DNA of 64,000 nucleotides, taken from NCBI GenBank assembly GCA_030430575.1, contig JAUIKF010000008.1:21074-85073 (forward strand), in the 5' to 3' direction. Of the stretch, positions 26,621-37,900 are shown piece after piece (the first letter of the stretch is position 1; each line of letters starts with the position of its first letter). A model generated the notes under the pieces. The model saw only the letters and a program-made list of their open reading frames with translations, had not been told where the DNA came from and did no database searches. The stretch comes from Bacteroidia bacterium (lineage in GTDB: Bacteria; Bacteroidota; Bacteroidia; J057). The translations under genes were made by a program, and so were the position numbers.

Positions 26621-29278
26621 ATGAAAAACTCTTTTCATTTCCTACAAATCGTCCTTATTTCCCTTTTCACAACATCTTTTACAGGTGAGCTTTTAAGTCA
26701 AAACTATTCCTTATATGGGATTATTGATAACCAAATCGTTTGTATAGATTTAAATACAGGATCAATATCACATGCTTTTCCCTTAGGTACCCAATACACA
26801 GAAATAGAAGCTTTTACATACAATTCTAGCCAAGACTGTTTTTATATAGTAGTAGATGGATTGTCAGATCCTAAACTAGTAACTATTAATAGAAAAAATG
26901 GACATTCTACCCTAATCGGTCCTATCAACCAAGGGGTTCCCATGATTGATTTCAGATTAATGGAAGCACTAGCCTACAACTCCAGCAATAATTGTCTATA
27001 TGGTGTCGCTTTTGAAGCAGGTCCTCCAGGAACTATTTTTAGCCGAAGGATAATCAAAATAGATCCTAGTACTGGAATTGGAAGTCCAATTAATCTGATT
27101 AATGGTACCTGCCAAAATGATGCTGATGAGCTTCTAATTTCTAATGGCAGCGCTTATGTAATAGATGAATGCTCAGGTTTCCAAAACTTATATAATATTA
27201 ACCTGACCACTGGCGGTTGTAGTTTAATTGGAAATATGAATAATGTAACTAACATTTCTGCAATTCATCCCACTACAGGGTTGATTTATTCACTGGGCCA
27301 TTCTTTACGAGACTTATATCAAGTATCCCCCCTAAATGGAAATACAACCCTAATTGGGCAAACCCATTCGCTAGGCGAATTTGGAGGTTCTGGTCTGCAA
27401 TGTATCACATTTGGCCTAGAAGAAAGTTTTATTCGTGTCAAAGGAGGTTTGAATATTGATCAGGGCGTTAAAGTAATTCGAAAATCGGACGGAAACTACG
27501 CAATATTGGCAAATAGTTACCAAAACTCATCAAATGAGAATATCCTTCTCACTACATTAAATGCAGACTTTACAACAAAGGATAGTATCTTAATAGGTGG
27601 CCCCTTACGAGATGAAGGAAGTTCTATAGTAGATACTGGGAATGGTATTTTTGTATCTGGTTCGTCTGAGAACCAAAATATAAGCCCCGTCATTCGGCCT
27701 ACAGGTTATAAATTCAACCCATCGCTATCTTCTTTAATTTGGGGAAAATCTTATTACGAATTCACGAATAATCATAATGGAGGCCAAATGTTGGATGTAG
27801 CGATTTACAAGGATACACTATTTATTATTGGTTATTCTAGGAACACAATTTCAGGATCCAAATCCGGCGACTTTATTCTTTATATCCAACTCTCATCAAA
27901 TGGAATTCTTCTCGATTCAATTGGGCGGGCATTTAACACTAACAATAATAACCTTCAAAATGATGCAAGTGAGAGTTATAATAGTATTGCACTTGATACA
28001 ACCAGGAGGTTAATTTATGCAGTTGGTAATTCCGTTGCTCAACCATTTAATAACAACCCTACATTTCCTTTTCTATCAAAGTTTGACTTTGATGGAAATG
28101 ACGTTTTACATTCATATTATAATGGTACCAGAGGAATATTCAATAGTGTAATCATTGATAAATCAGACAGCTTGATGGTGTTGGGATGGAAGTATCCTAA
28201 TACAGGAGTTGTATCAAATGGAGTAGCTCAAGGAAATTTTCTAGCAAGACTTGACAATTCTGGAAATTTCATTTGGGGACAAGAATATAAGATTGCGCTT
28301 GGAGGGAATCTAGTCCTTAATTCTATTACCTATTCAAAAGAAGCAAATTACTTAGTCGGCTTTCTCGAGAATGCCCCTATTGTGCAAGGAGGGAAAGATG
28401 CTGTTTTATTGAAAGTTGATCATAGGGGGAATGTAATATGGGGGAAATTATATGGAACTTCTTCAGATGATGTATTCAATGATCTCATACTTACACCTGA
28501 TGGTTTTTTCATGGTTGGATATACTGAATCTTTAGGCACACAAGATATTCTTCAGGTAAAGACAGACTGCCAAGGAAATGTTATTGAAAACATCGGATGT
28601 TTCCACGTTCTATCGTTTTCACCTACCTCAACCCCAATCTCCTTAATCAAAGCGACCCCTTTAATGGACACAGTTTCATGCAGAAGTTCTAGTTTTTCTC
28701 CCCAAATAACACCTTTATTGAGCTTTAATTCTACTATTTGTATTCCGCTAGATAATGCCTCAATCACCTTGAATGCCACAGTACTAAAGGATAAAGTCTA
28801 TTTAGATTGGGGTAACCTAAACTTCCCCTCCAGCTCTAAATTTGAGATTTACCGAAGATTAAGCAACAATGATTTTTTGTATCTTGGTTCAACAGAAAGT
28901 TTTTCATTTTATGATTATTCGCCTTCAATTGTACAATCTTCGTATCGAGTTGTTGGGATTCTTCCTAATAATCAAAAAGTATATAGTAATACGGTCATTA
29001 TAAGAGACCAAGCAATAGAATCTAGATTTCATATTGTTAGTAATGAAAGGGGAAAACATGTACTAATGGTATCATTAAAAGAAAGTATGATGAACCCCAT
29101 AAGTTGTCAAATATATAGTATGGAAGGGAAAATAGTTTTCACTAAAAAACTTGCCCCCAATCTTTCTAAATATCTTGAAATAACTTCATTAGGAAGTTTT
29201 TCCAGAGGTATTTACGTTGCTTCTGTCCAATTTGCAAGTGGCCAGTTCTTATATCAAAAAATATTTATCCATAAATAG
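26621..29278 (+). CDS. Secreted beta-propeller-repeat protein with T9SS C-terminal domain (885 aa), AT-rich
   Basis: Signal peptide, repeated Gly/Asn/Ser-rich blades, and a C-terminal '…GIYVASVQFASGQFLYQKIFIHK' Por-tail-like segment. Confidence 0.6.
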   Translation: MKNSFHFLQIVLISLFTTSFTGELLSQNYSLYGIIDNQIVCIDLNTGSISHAFPLGTQYTEIEAFTYNSSQDCFYIVVDGLSDPKLVTINRKNGHSTLIGPINQGVPMIDFRLMEALAYNSSNNCLYGVAFEAGPPGTIFSRRIIKIDPSTGIGSPINLINGTCQNDADELLISNGSAYVIDECSGFQNLYNINLTTGGCSLIGNMNNVTNISAIHPTTGLIYSLGHSLRDLYQVSPLNGNTTLIGQTHSLGEFGGSGLQCITFGLEESFIRVKGGLNIDQGVKVIRKSDGNYAILANSYQNSSNENILLTTLNADFTTKDSILIGGPLRDEGSSIVDTGNGIFVSGSSENQNISPVIRPTGYKFNPSLSSLIWGKSYYEFTNNHNGGQMLDVAIYKDTLFIIGYSRNTISGSKSGDFILYIQLSSNGILLDSIGRAFNTNNNNLQNDASESYNSIALDTTRRLIYAVGNSVAQPFNNNPTFPFLSKFDFDGNDVLHSYYNGTRGIFNSVIIDKSDSLMVLGWKYPNTGVVSNGVAQGNFLARLDNSGNFIWGQEYKIALGGNLVLNSITYSKEANYLVGFLENAPIVQGGKDAVLLKVDHRGNVIWGKLYGTSSDDVFNDLILTPDGFFMVGYTESLGTQDILQVKTDCQGNVIENIGCFHVLSFSPTSTPISLIKATPLMDTVSCRSSSFSPQITPLLSFNSTICIPLDNASITLNATVLKDKVYLDWGNLNFPSSSKFEIYRRLSNNDFLYLGSTESFSFYDYSPSIVQSSYRVVGILPNNQKVYSNTVIIRDQAIESRFHIVSNERGKHVLMVSLKESMMNPISCQIYSMEGKIVFTKKLAPNLSKYLEITSLGSFSRGIYVASVQFASGQFLYQKIFIHK

Positions 29279-29528
29279 AAATTTTCTCATAATAACTCTA
29301 AAAGTATTTTTATGGAACTTTATGAATTGGTATGATAAACGCATTAAAATTTGGTTGTGCTATATTTTCAATGCTGTGTATTGTTTCAAAATTTCCCTAA
29401 ATCAGTTTGGGGCCGCTAAATAGCTACTTTTCAGATTCCTACTGAAAGAAAAATAAAAATCATTCTTAAATATTCACAAATGCGAATCAAATACATACCC
29501 CACTTCTCCAAGTTCCATGCTAAAGATA

Positions 29529-29852
29529 TCACTTCCCCGGCAGTCCCATCACATACTCATAGCTCTCATTCAAGTACCCCGCCAAGCGGTCCAGGTCCTC
29601 CAACATGCTGTCAGGCACCAGCACATAACCGCGCATCACAGCGCCGTGGGATTTGAAGATGGTGGAGTTCCATTCTTCGATGTATTTTTGTTGGACTTCT
29701 TTGGAGAAGCGAAAGCCGAGTTCACCGGCTTTGTTGAGGAAGGAGAACATGTGACCGTTGGCGGAGGTGTAAGGGCCGGTTTTGCCCTTGCGTTCGAATC
29801 GGGGGCATTTGGCGACAAGTTCGTCGTAGATGGCTAGTTTTTGTTCCCACAT
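29529..29852 (-). CDS. Small hypothetical protein (~107 aa)
   Basis: Intact ORF. The start was chosen at the internal Met ('MWEQKL…'). Confidence 0.45.
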   Translation of the reverse strand: MWEQKLAIYDELVAKCPRFERKGKTGPYTSANGHMFSFLNKAGELGFRFSKEVQQKYIEEWNSTIFKSHGAVMRGYVLVPDSMLEDLDRLAGYLNESYEYVMGLPGK

Positions 29853-29924
29853 AGGAAAATTATTAATTATTGATTGAGTGATGAGTCTCCTCCTGATAGT
29901 CAAATTTGACTTTTCCCTCATTGC

Positions 29925-30000
29925 GACGGACTAAAGTCGCGTCGCAATAGTTCTTTGCCTGTCATTTTACACTATTGCGACTGGGTTTCAACCCGTCGCA
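29925..30000. terminator. Two consecutive 'ATTGCGAC…GTCGCAAT' hairpins
   Basis: 'attgcgacggactaaagtcgcgtcgcaat' and 'attgcgactgggtttcaacccgtcgcaat'. Located downstream of the minus-strand gene 30121–30564. Confidence 0.55.
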
Positions 30001-30120
30001 ATTGGGCAAATTCCTTGAAAGGAATTTTAGGAGGAGCCACAGTAATTACTGTTTGAAAGATAATCTATTGACAAACGAAGGTCAATTGGAAGGAGCAAAT
30101 TAATCAATCAATTAATAATC

Positions 30121-30564
30121 TTAATCCAACTTCGTCTTCAACACACGCCGTTCCTTCTTCGCCTTGGCATCTTTGCCTGCCCCTATAGCCAAGCCGATGG
30201 CGATGCCTATTGCAATCCCCGCGCCTATGTTTATGGCCGACCCAATTCCAGCGCCCAATGCGACGCCAAGGGCTATGCCCATAGCTGTATAATACCCTTC
30301 TGAGACCAGCCGCAATTGTTCCTTCAAAAACTTGATGAGCACAGCCAATTGTTGGTTGAAATACTTTGCCCTGTTTTCCACATCTGCCGTTAGCGCTAGC
30401 GAATCGAGCTTGTCTTCTATCAATCGCACTTGCTTTCCGAGAAGATTCCTGCTGTTTAGATCAGATAAAATGGCTATGTATTTTTTATACACCCTGATTT
30501 CAGCGGGTTCATTGGTTTCTGATAGCAATTTTTCGAAAAAATCAGATGCTTCGGATAGCTTCAT
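30121..30564 (-). CDS. Glycine-zipper membrane protein (147 aa)
   Basis: C-terminal 'GIALGVALGAGIGSAINIGAGIAIGIAIGLAIGAG' followed by a Lys/Arg tail. Confidence 0.6.
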   Translation of the reverse strand: MKLSEASDFFEKLLSETNEPAEIRVYKKYIAILSDLNSRNLLGKQVRLIEDKLDSLALTADVENRAKYFNQQLAVLIKFLKEQLRLVSEGYYTAMGIALGVALGAGIGSAINIGAGIAIGIAIGLAIGAGKDAKAKKERRVLKTKLD

Positions 30565-30929
30565 AATGGATTGGTTTATAGCAAGTTAGGGATAATTTAT
30601 CTTTTGACCCAGCAATTTGTTGTAAGAAGATATGCGGGGATAAAAATAGGAGTGATGATCAGTAGATGTGGGCTGAATACCCAACAGATTGATGAAAATC
30701 TGTTGGGTATTTAAACTACGCGAGTTCCCCATGTAAAATTTTTTTCCTAAAAAATTTTACTACGCAAAAAGACTGCGCACTCACCTTTTTCCTTTGTATC
30801 ATCTTCTTTACCAGAAGCGTGCGGAAGAATGGAAGGCCCGGCCTTGGTGTGTGTTTCTGAATAGCCCATACAGTGTCCCTCTCGCTGAGATCGGATATCC
30901 TGCCTACCGGAAATTTGTTCTGTATCAAC

Positions 30930-31025
30930 TAGACGTTGAAGGTTCGAATCCTTCTCACAATTCTGATTGTGATAGTTCAATGGGTAGAACACTAGTCCTT
31001 TGCATGGGTTCAAACCCCATCATCT
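30930..31025 (+). other. tRNA-like sequence fragments: T-arm, then a perfect hairpin, then a D-arm and a second T-arm; no foldable cloverleaf
   Basis: 'gaaGGTTCGAATCCttc', then 'TCACAATtctgATTGTGA', then 'TAGTTCAATGGGTAGAAC', then 'atGGGTTCAAACCCcat'. Confidence 0.3.
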
Positions 31026-31454
31026 GATCCGATCATTTGAAACATGATCAACCAACTGGTGAAGACACGCGCTTTGAAGGTCGGTCCGACCTGCTACGGC
31101 GGGAAGGACAGTTTCGAAAAAGTCTCGCAAAGACCCGGATACCGTAGGCTGCCTAGCAGTCCTTTTTGGTGGGACCGCCAAGTCAAGCCCCTTGGCCTCC
31201 TGCCCAAAACGCCTCCTACAATCCCTACTCAACGGTCTTTCCGCTTTTGAGAAATGACCTTCAAAGGCTGTCTTCTGATTTTTTTTGCATACGAATAGGT
31301 TACTAGGCCGCACTGTTAGATTTCTCCTTCTCCCTACGCAAAGCCTTCGGTCGTCGTCGAAATGACACCTATGGTGTTTAGATATTAAAAAGATATTAAG
31401 CCCCAAATCAATAATTAATCATCAGTCAATCAATAATCCTTTAAAAGAAAGCCC

Positions 31455-32546
31455 ATGAAAAGAGTACGAATCGGACAAGGAAGAATGGGAATCGTCTCAC
31501 GAAACGGCGATTTCAGAAAGGCCCTGGCACCAAGTGTTTACTGGACCTTTCCATTTGAAGAAGTAGCTATCTATGACCGGTCCAAGCCGTTTTACAGCCA
31601 GTTCAACCTGCGCTTGCTGCTGCAAGATCCGCTGTTGGCGAGTCATCTGGACATCCTAGAGGTGGCCGATACGCAAATCGCCCTTCAATATGAAAATGGC
31701 ATCTTCCGCTGCGTGCTGGAAGCGGGAACCTATGCCTTCTGGAAAGGCATCACCGATTTCTCTTTTATCATGGTGGACCTCACCAAGTCAGCTGTGACAG
31801 AAGCCATCGATAAGAATGTGCTGGTAAAGCCTGAAGTGGCGAAATACCTGCGGGTATTTGTGGTGGAGTCTTATGAGGCAGCGCTGATGTTTGTAGATGG
31901 GAAATTCAGGGAAGAGTTGACGCCTGGCATCTACTACTTCTGGAAAACGCCAGAGGCGATTTCAGTCATGAAGGCCGATACACGGACCCTGCAACTGGAG
32001 ATTCCTGGCCAGGAAATCCTGACCAAGGATAAGGCGGCTTTGCGCATTTCCTTTACGCTCCTATATAAGATCGTCGCAGTTCAAAAGGCTTTGGTAGAAA
32101 ACAAAGCTTACGAGAAGCAATTGTATACGGCGACGCAGTTGGCGCTGCGGGCCTATGTGGGCACCATGACGCTGGACGAATTGCTGGACAAGAAAGACGA
32201 AGTGGCAGCCTTCGTGATGAAAGCGCTGACAACCAAGGCAGAGAAACTGGGCTTGGCGGTCATGGATGCGGGCATCAAGGACCTGATCTTGCCAGGTGAT
32301 GTGAAGGAGATCATGAGTAAGGTACTCATCGCCCAAAAGAATGCGCAAGCCAATATCATCACGCGGCGAGAAGAGACGGCCTCTACCCGAAGCTTGCTGA
32401 ACACAGCCAAGCTGATGGAAGAGAACAGCATGCTCTTTAAGCTGAAGGAGATGGAGTACGTGGAGAAAATCGCGGAGAAGATCAACAGCATCTCGCTGTC
32501 TGGTGGCAATCAGATCGTAGATCAGATGCGGGAGATTTTTTCGTGA
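31455..32546 (+). CDS. SPFH/band-7 (stomatin/slipin-like) domain protein (363 aa)
   Basis: The central block 'TKDKAALRISFTLLYKIV…TLDELLDKKDEVAAFVMKAL…LGLAVMDAGIKDLILP' matches the SPFH core. Confidence 0.7.
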   Translation: MKRVRIGQGRMGIVSRNGDFRKALAPSVYWTFPFEEVAIYDRSKPFYSQFNLRLLLQDPLLASHLDILEVADTQIALQYENGIFRCVLEAGTYAFWKGITDFSFIMVDLTKSAVTEAIDKNVLVKPEVAKYLRVFVVESYEAALMFVDGKFREELTPGIYYFWKTPEAISVMKADTRTLQLEIPGQEILTKDKAALRISFTLLYKIVAVQKALVENKAYEKQLYTATQLALRAYVGTMTLDELLDKKDEVAAFVMKALTTKAEKLGLAVMDAGIKDLILPGDVKEIMSKVLIAQKNAQANIITRREETASTRSLLNTAKLMEENSMLFKLKEMEYVEKIAEKINSISLSGGNQIVDQMREIFS

Positions 32547-32566
32547 GTAATAGCTTGTAATATTCA

Positions 32567-32645
32567 CCACAGATTGCTCAGATTTTCACAGATTTTTTCC
32601 TTCATCTGTGTAAATCCGTGTAATCTGTGGTAATTTCTCAGGGGA
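32567..32645. repeat. Family-B hairpin element 'CACCACAGATT…AATCCGTGTAATCTGTGG'
   Basis: About 80 nt with imperfect ~30-bp arms. Homologous copy at 46303–46385; partial copy at 55017–55052. Confidence 0.7.
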
Positions 32646-33174
32646 TAAGGGTTTGGGAGGCTAGTGCCTTCGGTGTTTAATATAGTGTGTAAAAAGTTTT
32701 CATAGCTTTTTCAAAAGGTCATTTCGAGCGCCAAATGGACTGTCGCCCACGCCAAAATAAAATGACACTGGAAGGCTTTGCCTTGACACATTGAACCCAC
32801 CCTTTCGTTTCGACGCCCTCCCTTGGAAATGGAGGGCTAACGAGCCTCAAAATGACGAAGCCATTTTCTAATGTCCCCTCTTGAGGGGACGCCAAAGCCG
32901 AAGGCTTTGGCAGGGGTTCAAACGAGCAAAAGAACAATAGTATAAATGACTGGCATTCAATTGAATACAAAAACTTGTCACTGGGACGAGTCTTCGAGGA
33001 GAAATCTAACAGTGTGGTCTAGAAGCCTGGAAATAACCACTCAAAAAGGCATTTTAGATTTCTCCCGTTGGTCGAAATGAGAACTACGTTGTTATGAAAT
33101 AACTAGAAACTTTGTACACACGATACTTAATCCTTATTGGATCTGTATACCCAAATATTTCAAGAAACAATCTT

Positions 33175-33600
33175 CTACAACCCTATCGCATCAGGCCTGA
33201 TTTCATCCCGCCATCCCTCTCCATATTTTTCATCCAAGTATTCAAAAACAGCCCAATTATAGCCTTCTTCATCATCGTCAACCCCCATTCTGACACACCC
33301 CTGGCTCCAAAATTCTACTTTGTATTTTTCTTGGAAATTTTGGTCTTGTGGATTCTCAAAGTCGGGCATCCCGCCAAATCCACCCGGGAATAAAATTCGG
33401 ACTTTCCCTGAATCAATGTCACATGCTGCGCCACTGGCGTTGTAGCGAGAATACACCGTAACGACAATCGTACCATCGGAAAAATTAGCGAAAAGAGAAT
33501 CAAAATTTACCTCAAAAGAAGTCGGAGATTCGGGTTCCTGGGCCATACATGAAACGGAAGCTGCTAACAGGAGCCATAAACCACAAAATGTAGATTTCAT
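33175..33600 (-). CDS. Small secreted protein (141 aa)
   Basis: Signal peptide 'MKSTFCGLWLLLAASVSCMAQEP'. Confidence 0.55.
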   Translation of the reverse strand: MKSTFCGLWLLLAASVSCMAQEPESPTSFEVNFDSLFANFSDGTIVVTVYSRYNASGAACDIDSGKVRILFPGGFGGMPDFENPQDQNFQEKYKVEFWSQGCVRMGVDDDEEGYNWAVFEYLDEKYGEGWRDEIRPDAIGL

Positions 33601-33777
33601 ATCGTTAATATTAGGGGTAAAATAAGTATCGACAAATTTATATCCTTTAGATTTTCATGAGAAAATCCCACCATAACTCTGATAAGATTTCAGTTATGAT
33701 AACCTCTTTTACAAAATAAAATGGAAAATGATTCCAATAAGGGCATATTTGTATCTTTATTTCTAAATCATAATTGA

Positions 33778-34827
33778 ATGAAACAATTTAAGGAACAATT
33801 TGGTGGGAAAGCCACCCCGGCCTTAAAAGCACAATATGCCCAGTCTCCCAACTGGAAAGAGGGAAAGTTTGAGAATCTGGTGGAGACCACCATGGAATTC
33901 AGTATACAGAACGTCCCCAAACTGATGTATAAGCAGTTTTTTGAGACGAAAGGGCGCAATCCCAAGAAAGCGCTCCCTATCCTTCCATTTGAGAGAGATG
34001 TATTTCTGGAACCCGCTGATGAAGCAAAAATCATCTGGTATGGGCATTCAGTCGTCTTGATGCGCCTCCAGGGCAAGACCCTGCTGATCGATCCCATGCT
34101 GGGGCCCAACGCGGCGCCGATTGCGCCTTTCCCCGTAAAACGATTTTCTGAAAATAGCTTGGAGGTGATCGACACCCTGCCTCCCATAGATTTGGTTTTG
34201 ATGACACACGATCATTACGATCATTTGGATTATGCCAGCATCCAGCGGCTGAAGTCAAAGACAAGGCACTATTTTGTGGCGTTGGGGGTAAAAAGACATT
34301 TGATGAGATGGGGAATTTCAGCGGAGCAAATCACGGAATTTGACTGGTGGGACCAGCAGGTATTTGAAGAGATTTCCATCACTTTCACGCCCACAAGGCA
34401 CTTTTCAGGGCGCGGATTAAAGGACAGGGCCAAGTCTCTGTGGGGGGGATGGGCGTTTCAGACCGCACAAGAAAACCTCTACTTCAGCGGTGACGGTGGC
34501 TATGGAGACCACTTCAAAGAAGTAGGCAAGCGTCTGGGGCCATTTGACTTTGGGTGGATGGAGTGTGGGCAGTACAACCCCAATTGGCACCAAATCCATA
34601 TGTATCCAGAGGAGAGTGTTCAAGCAGGGCACGACACTAAGGTCAGAAAGGCCATGGCTGTTCACTGGGGGGGATTTGCGTTGGCGCAACACCATTGGAA
34701 GGACCCGATTGAGCGGTTTATGGCAGCGGCGCAGAAGGAGGCATTACCAGCCATAACTCCCAGGATTGGGGAGTGCTTTTCTCCTTCTAGTACCCATTTT
34801 GAGGATTGGTGGAAAGGATGGGAATAA
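33778..34827 (+). CDS. MBL-fold metallo-hydrolase
   Basis: 'LVLMTHDHYDHLD' is the H-x-H-x-D-H beta-lactamase-fold zinc motif. Confidence 0.8.
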   Translation: MKQFKEQFGGKATPALKAQYAQSPNWKEGKFENLVETTMEFSIQNVPKLMYKQFFETKGRNPKKALPILPFERDVFLEPADEAKIIWYGHSVVLMRLQGKTLLIDPMLGPNAAPIAPFPVKRFSENSLEVIDTLPPIDLVLMTHDHYDHLDYASIQRLKSKTRHYFVALGVKRHLMRWGISAEQITEFDWWDQQVFEEISITFTPTRHFSGRGLKDRAKSLWGGWAFQTAQENLYFSGDGGYGDHFKEVGKRLGPFDFGWMECGQYNPNWHQIHMYPEESVQAGHDTKVRKAMAVHWGGFALAQHHWKDPIERFMAAAQKEALPAITPRIGECFSPSSTHFEDWWKGWE

Positions 34828-34965
34828 TTCTGAGCAAAATTTAATATTTCAATTGGAAAGCCTATTCAATTTTGCCAAATTTGGTCTTTTCCCAAGGTTG
34901 GTAAAATGGGTCAAGGGGTAGATCATATCATTCCAAATTTCAAAGGGAAGGCTTTCATTCTTATC

Positions 34966-37900
34966 ATGAAATGCCTTGTGTTCCTTTTTTGTCTGACTTC
35001 TCTATCTGTATCTGCTCAGCCTTTTTGGGTCACAAAGTATACCCCTGAACATGGATTGCCGAGTACTCAAGTTTACCAAAGCCAGACAGACTCTTTGGGT
35101 TTGCTTTGGGTCGTGACGGAAAGCGGTATCGCCCGTTTAGAAGGCTCTGAATTCACGCCGCTCAATGTCCCTAACCTAGATTTCCAGCAAACTCACCTGC
35201 GACTTCATCCCTCAGGCAAATTGATCCTCCATTCCCCTTCAACAACCTATGAAGTCATTTCGCTACCAGATTCCATCTCCTGGATAACGGTGCCATTTCA
35301 AGCAGCAGATCCATCCTTCGAATCCGTTGACTTCCAAAAAATACAGGAGAAATACGGCCTTGCAGCGGACTTTCCCCCTATTACCTTTTTGCTAGATGAG
35401 GATTCCTCTGCATTTGTAGGAACAGCGGGGCATGGATTGTATAAATTGATTCACCAAAAAAATGGCCAGTGGTTTACCAAAGAGCTTTATCGTCAGAATA
35501 ATGTGCATGATTGGGCGCAGTTCCCCTTTCAACATATTCACCACATCTTTCGAGCGCCTAGCGGCGATTTATGGCTTTCTTCTACAGAAGGGTTAGGCTT
35601 ATTGAAACCTCGTTTATTTATCAAAATTACAGGCCTTCCCAATTATAGTGCAAATGGGCTTGTCCAACTTGAGAATGGGGAAATATATGTTTCCATAGGG
35701 GGGCTTTTTCATGTGAAGCCGCAATTGAAAGGCTGGAAGGTTAGCAAAGTACACCCCTTAAATGAAGCAGCCATCAATACCTTGGCTGCGCGAGGCAACA
35801 AATTGTGGTTTGCGAATTTAAACCAGGAAATCTTCCTTAAATATGAAGATCAGATAACGCCCGTCATCAATCTCAGCAGCCGCGGAGAAACCATTTTTTA
35901 TCTCTACGCAGACCAAGGAGAAAACCTATGGATCAGCCAGACCCCAGCCCAAAAACCCATTATTGGATTGGCAAAAATTGACTCATCAGGAAAATTCAAA
36001 GAATACGGGGCGAGCGAAGGATTTTCGAAACGTATCTTGGTTACCAAAGAGGGGCCAGACGGTACGATTTATTGTGCTGGAGTTGGGAAATCGACCTATT
36101 TATATCGCCTAGATAAGAAAACAGATACTTTTATCAACCTCAGTATCCCACTGCCCTTTTCCACCAATGGTGATTTTGAGGTGCATGATCTAGCCATCAG
36201 TGACAAGCAAGAGATTTGGATGGCTACCTCCAAGGGGCTGCTCCGATATTTTCAGGGAAAAGTGGAAGAAGTACTGGAAGATGAAAAGATTATAGGCGAA
36301 GAAATCCGAGGGCTGGTTTTAGGAACAGATGAGAGTATCTGGTTTGCCTCTATACGAGGCCTGGGCCGGTATAAGGATGGCCAAACGGTGATTTATGATG
36401 AAACCAGTGGTTTATCGAGTAATGTCCTCAACTATCGGGCGCTGATTTCTGATCAGAAAGGGGGAATCTGGGCTGGCACCAATCAAGGCTTGAGCAATAG
36501 TTCTCAAAAAATACCTGCTCTTGGTTATTGTCCCCCTCCTATCATTAAGGCATTTCGGGTAAATGGCGCATCATGGCCTTTAGCAAAAATGGCGCATGCA
36601 AAACTCCCTTTTGAATCAAAAATAGATATCGCCTTTATCACGCCCTTTTTCCCCACAAAAGGCATCCAATATCAAGTGCGGGTAAATGGAGATCGTTTGA
36701 ATCAGTATCAAAACCTGCGTGACTCAGCCACTTTTCACCTCAACTCCCTTGCCGAAGGGGAATATAAAGTTGAAATAAGGGCCCTTCCTCAGGGGGGAGT
36801 TGTGTGGAGTAGCCCTCAGGTCATCCAATTCCGTGTCTTGCCTGTTTGGTATAAAAGCACCTGGGCATTTGGCCTTTACGTGATCTTGCTGGTGGCTTTG
36901 GTAACGATCATTCAGAATAGGACCCAAGCATTAAGGAAAGCCTCCGCCAAAGAAAGAGAAGCACGAGCACTTGCGGAAGAGGCTAGGTTAATTGCGGAAA
37001 AATCCAATCAGACCAAAAGCGAGTTCCTCGCAAATATGAGTCATGAGATTCGTACCCCGATGAATGGGGTGATCGGTATGGCTGACCTCCTAGCAAATTC
37101 TCAGATGGATGTGGAGCAAAAGGAATACGTAAAAACCATTCGCAAAAGCGGTGAAGACCTCTTGAGCATCATCAATGACATCCTCGATTTTTCCAAGATC
37201 GAATCAGGCAAAATGGAGATCGAACAACAGGCCTTTGATTTATCCAATTGCCTGGAAGATGTGCTCAATCTTTTTGCACATAAGGCTGCCGTAAAGCCAG
37301 TAAAGTTGACCTATTCTCTAGGTGCCCATGTGCCAAAGCAGATCATTGGAGACAGCATACGCCTCCGCCAGATTCTGATCAATATGGTCGGGAATGCCTT
37401 TAAATTCACAGAAAAAGGAAGGATCAATATCCAGGTGTTTTTGAAGAAAGACGCCATCGCAGCCTTAAGTAAGGGGAAAAATTTCCAGCTATTTTTCACA
37501 GTTGAAGATACCGGAATTGGTATCCCTAAGGAAAAGCAAGTTTCGCTTTTTGAGGCTTTTTCCCAAGTCGATGCTTCGACTACCCGCCGGTTCGGCGGCA
37601 CGGGCTTAGGACTCGCCATCTCAGCCAGACTCGCGTCCCTCATGAATGGGACGATCTCTGTAGAAAGTGAAGTAGGGAAAGGGACGGCATTTACCTTTAG
37701 CATACAAACAAAGAAAACAGAACTAGCCACCCCAGGAGCAGAAGCGTCAATCCCCCTTGCTCTCATTGAGCGAGAGATCTCAGGTGAATCGCCTTTTGCC
37801 CAGAGAAACCCACTAGACATTCTGATAGCAGAAGACAATGCCGTCAATCAACTGGTTCTACTTCGGATGCTCGAACGGATGGGCTATACGCCCCAATTGG

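Noticed and set aside
30930-31025. Possible tRNA gene(s) or permuted tmRNA
   Set aside because: T-arm and D-arm consensus strings are present, but no acceptor-stem pairing, anticodon arm or CCA can be built on either strand. Retained only as a low-confidence 'tRNA-like fragments' feature.
30747-31406. ORFs 30747–31013 (−), 30794–31027 (+), 31020–31406 (−), 31044–31250 (+)
   Set aside because: They lie in a gene-poor, structure-rich stretch with no signal, domain or coupling evidence. The region is probably non-coding.
32719-32970. 83-aa ORF in the 32560–33110 intergenic region
   Set aside because: No features supporting translation. The region carries the family-B hairpin element and is treated as non-coding.
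34906-34965. Upstream start for the hybrid sensor kinase (MGQGVDHI…)
   Set aside because: The signal peptide begins at the internal Met ([10 protein letters not shown]), so the upstream extension is unlikely to be translated.
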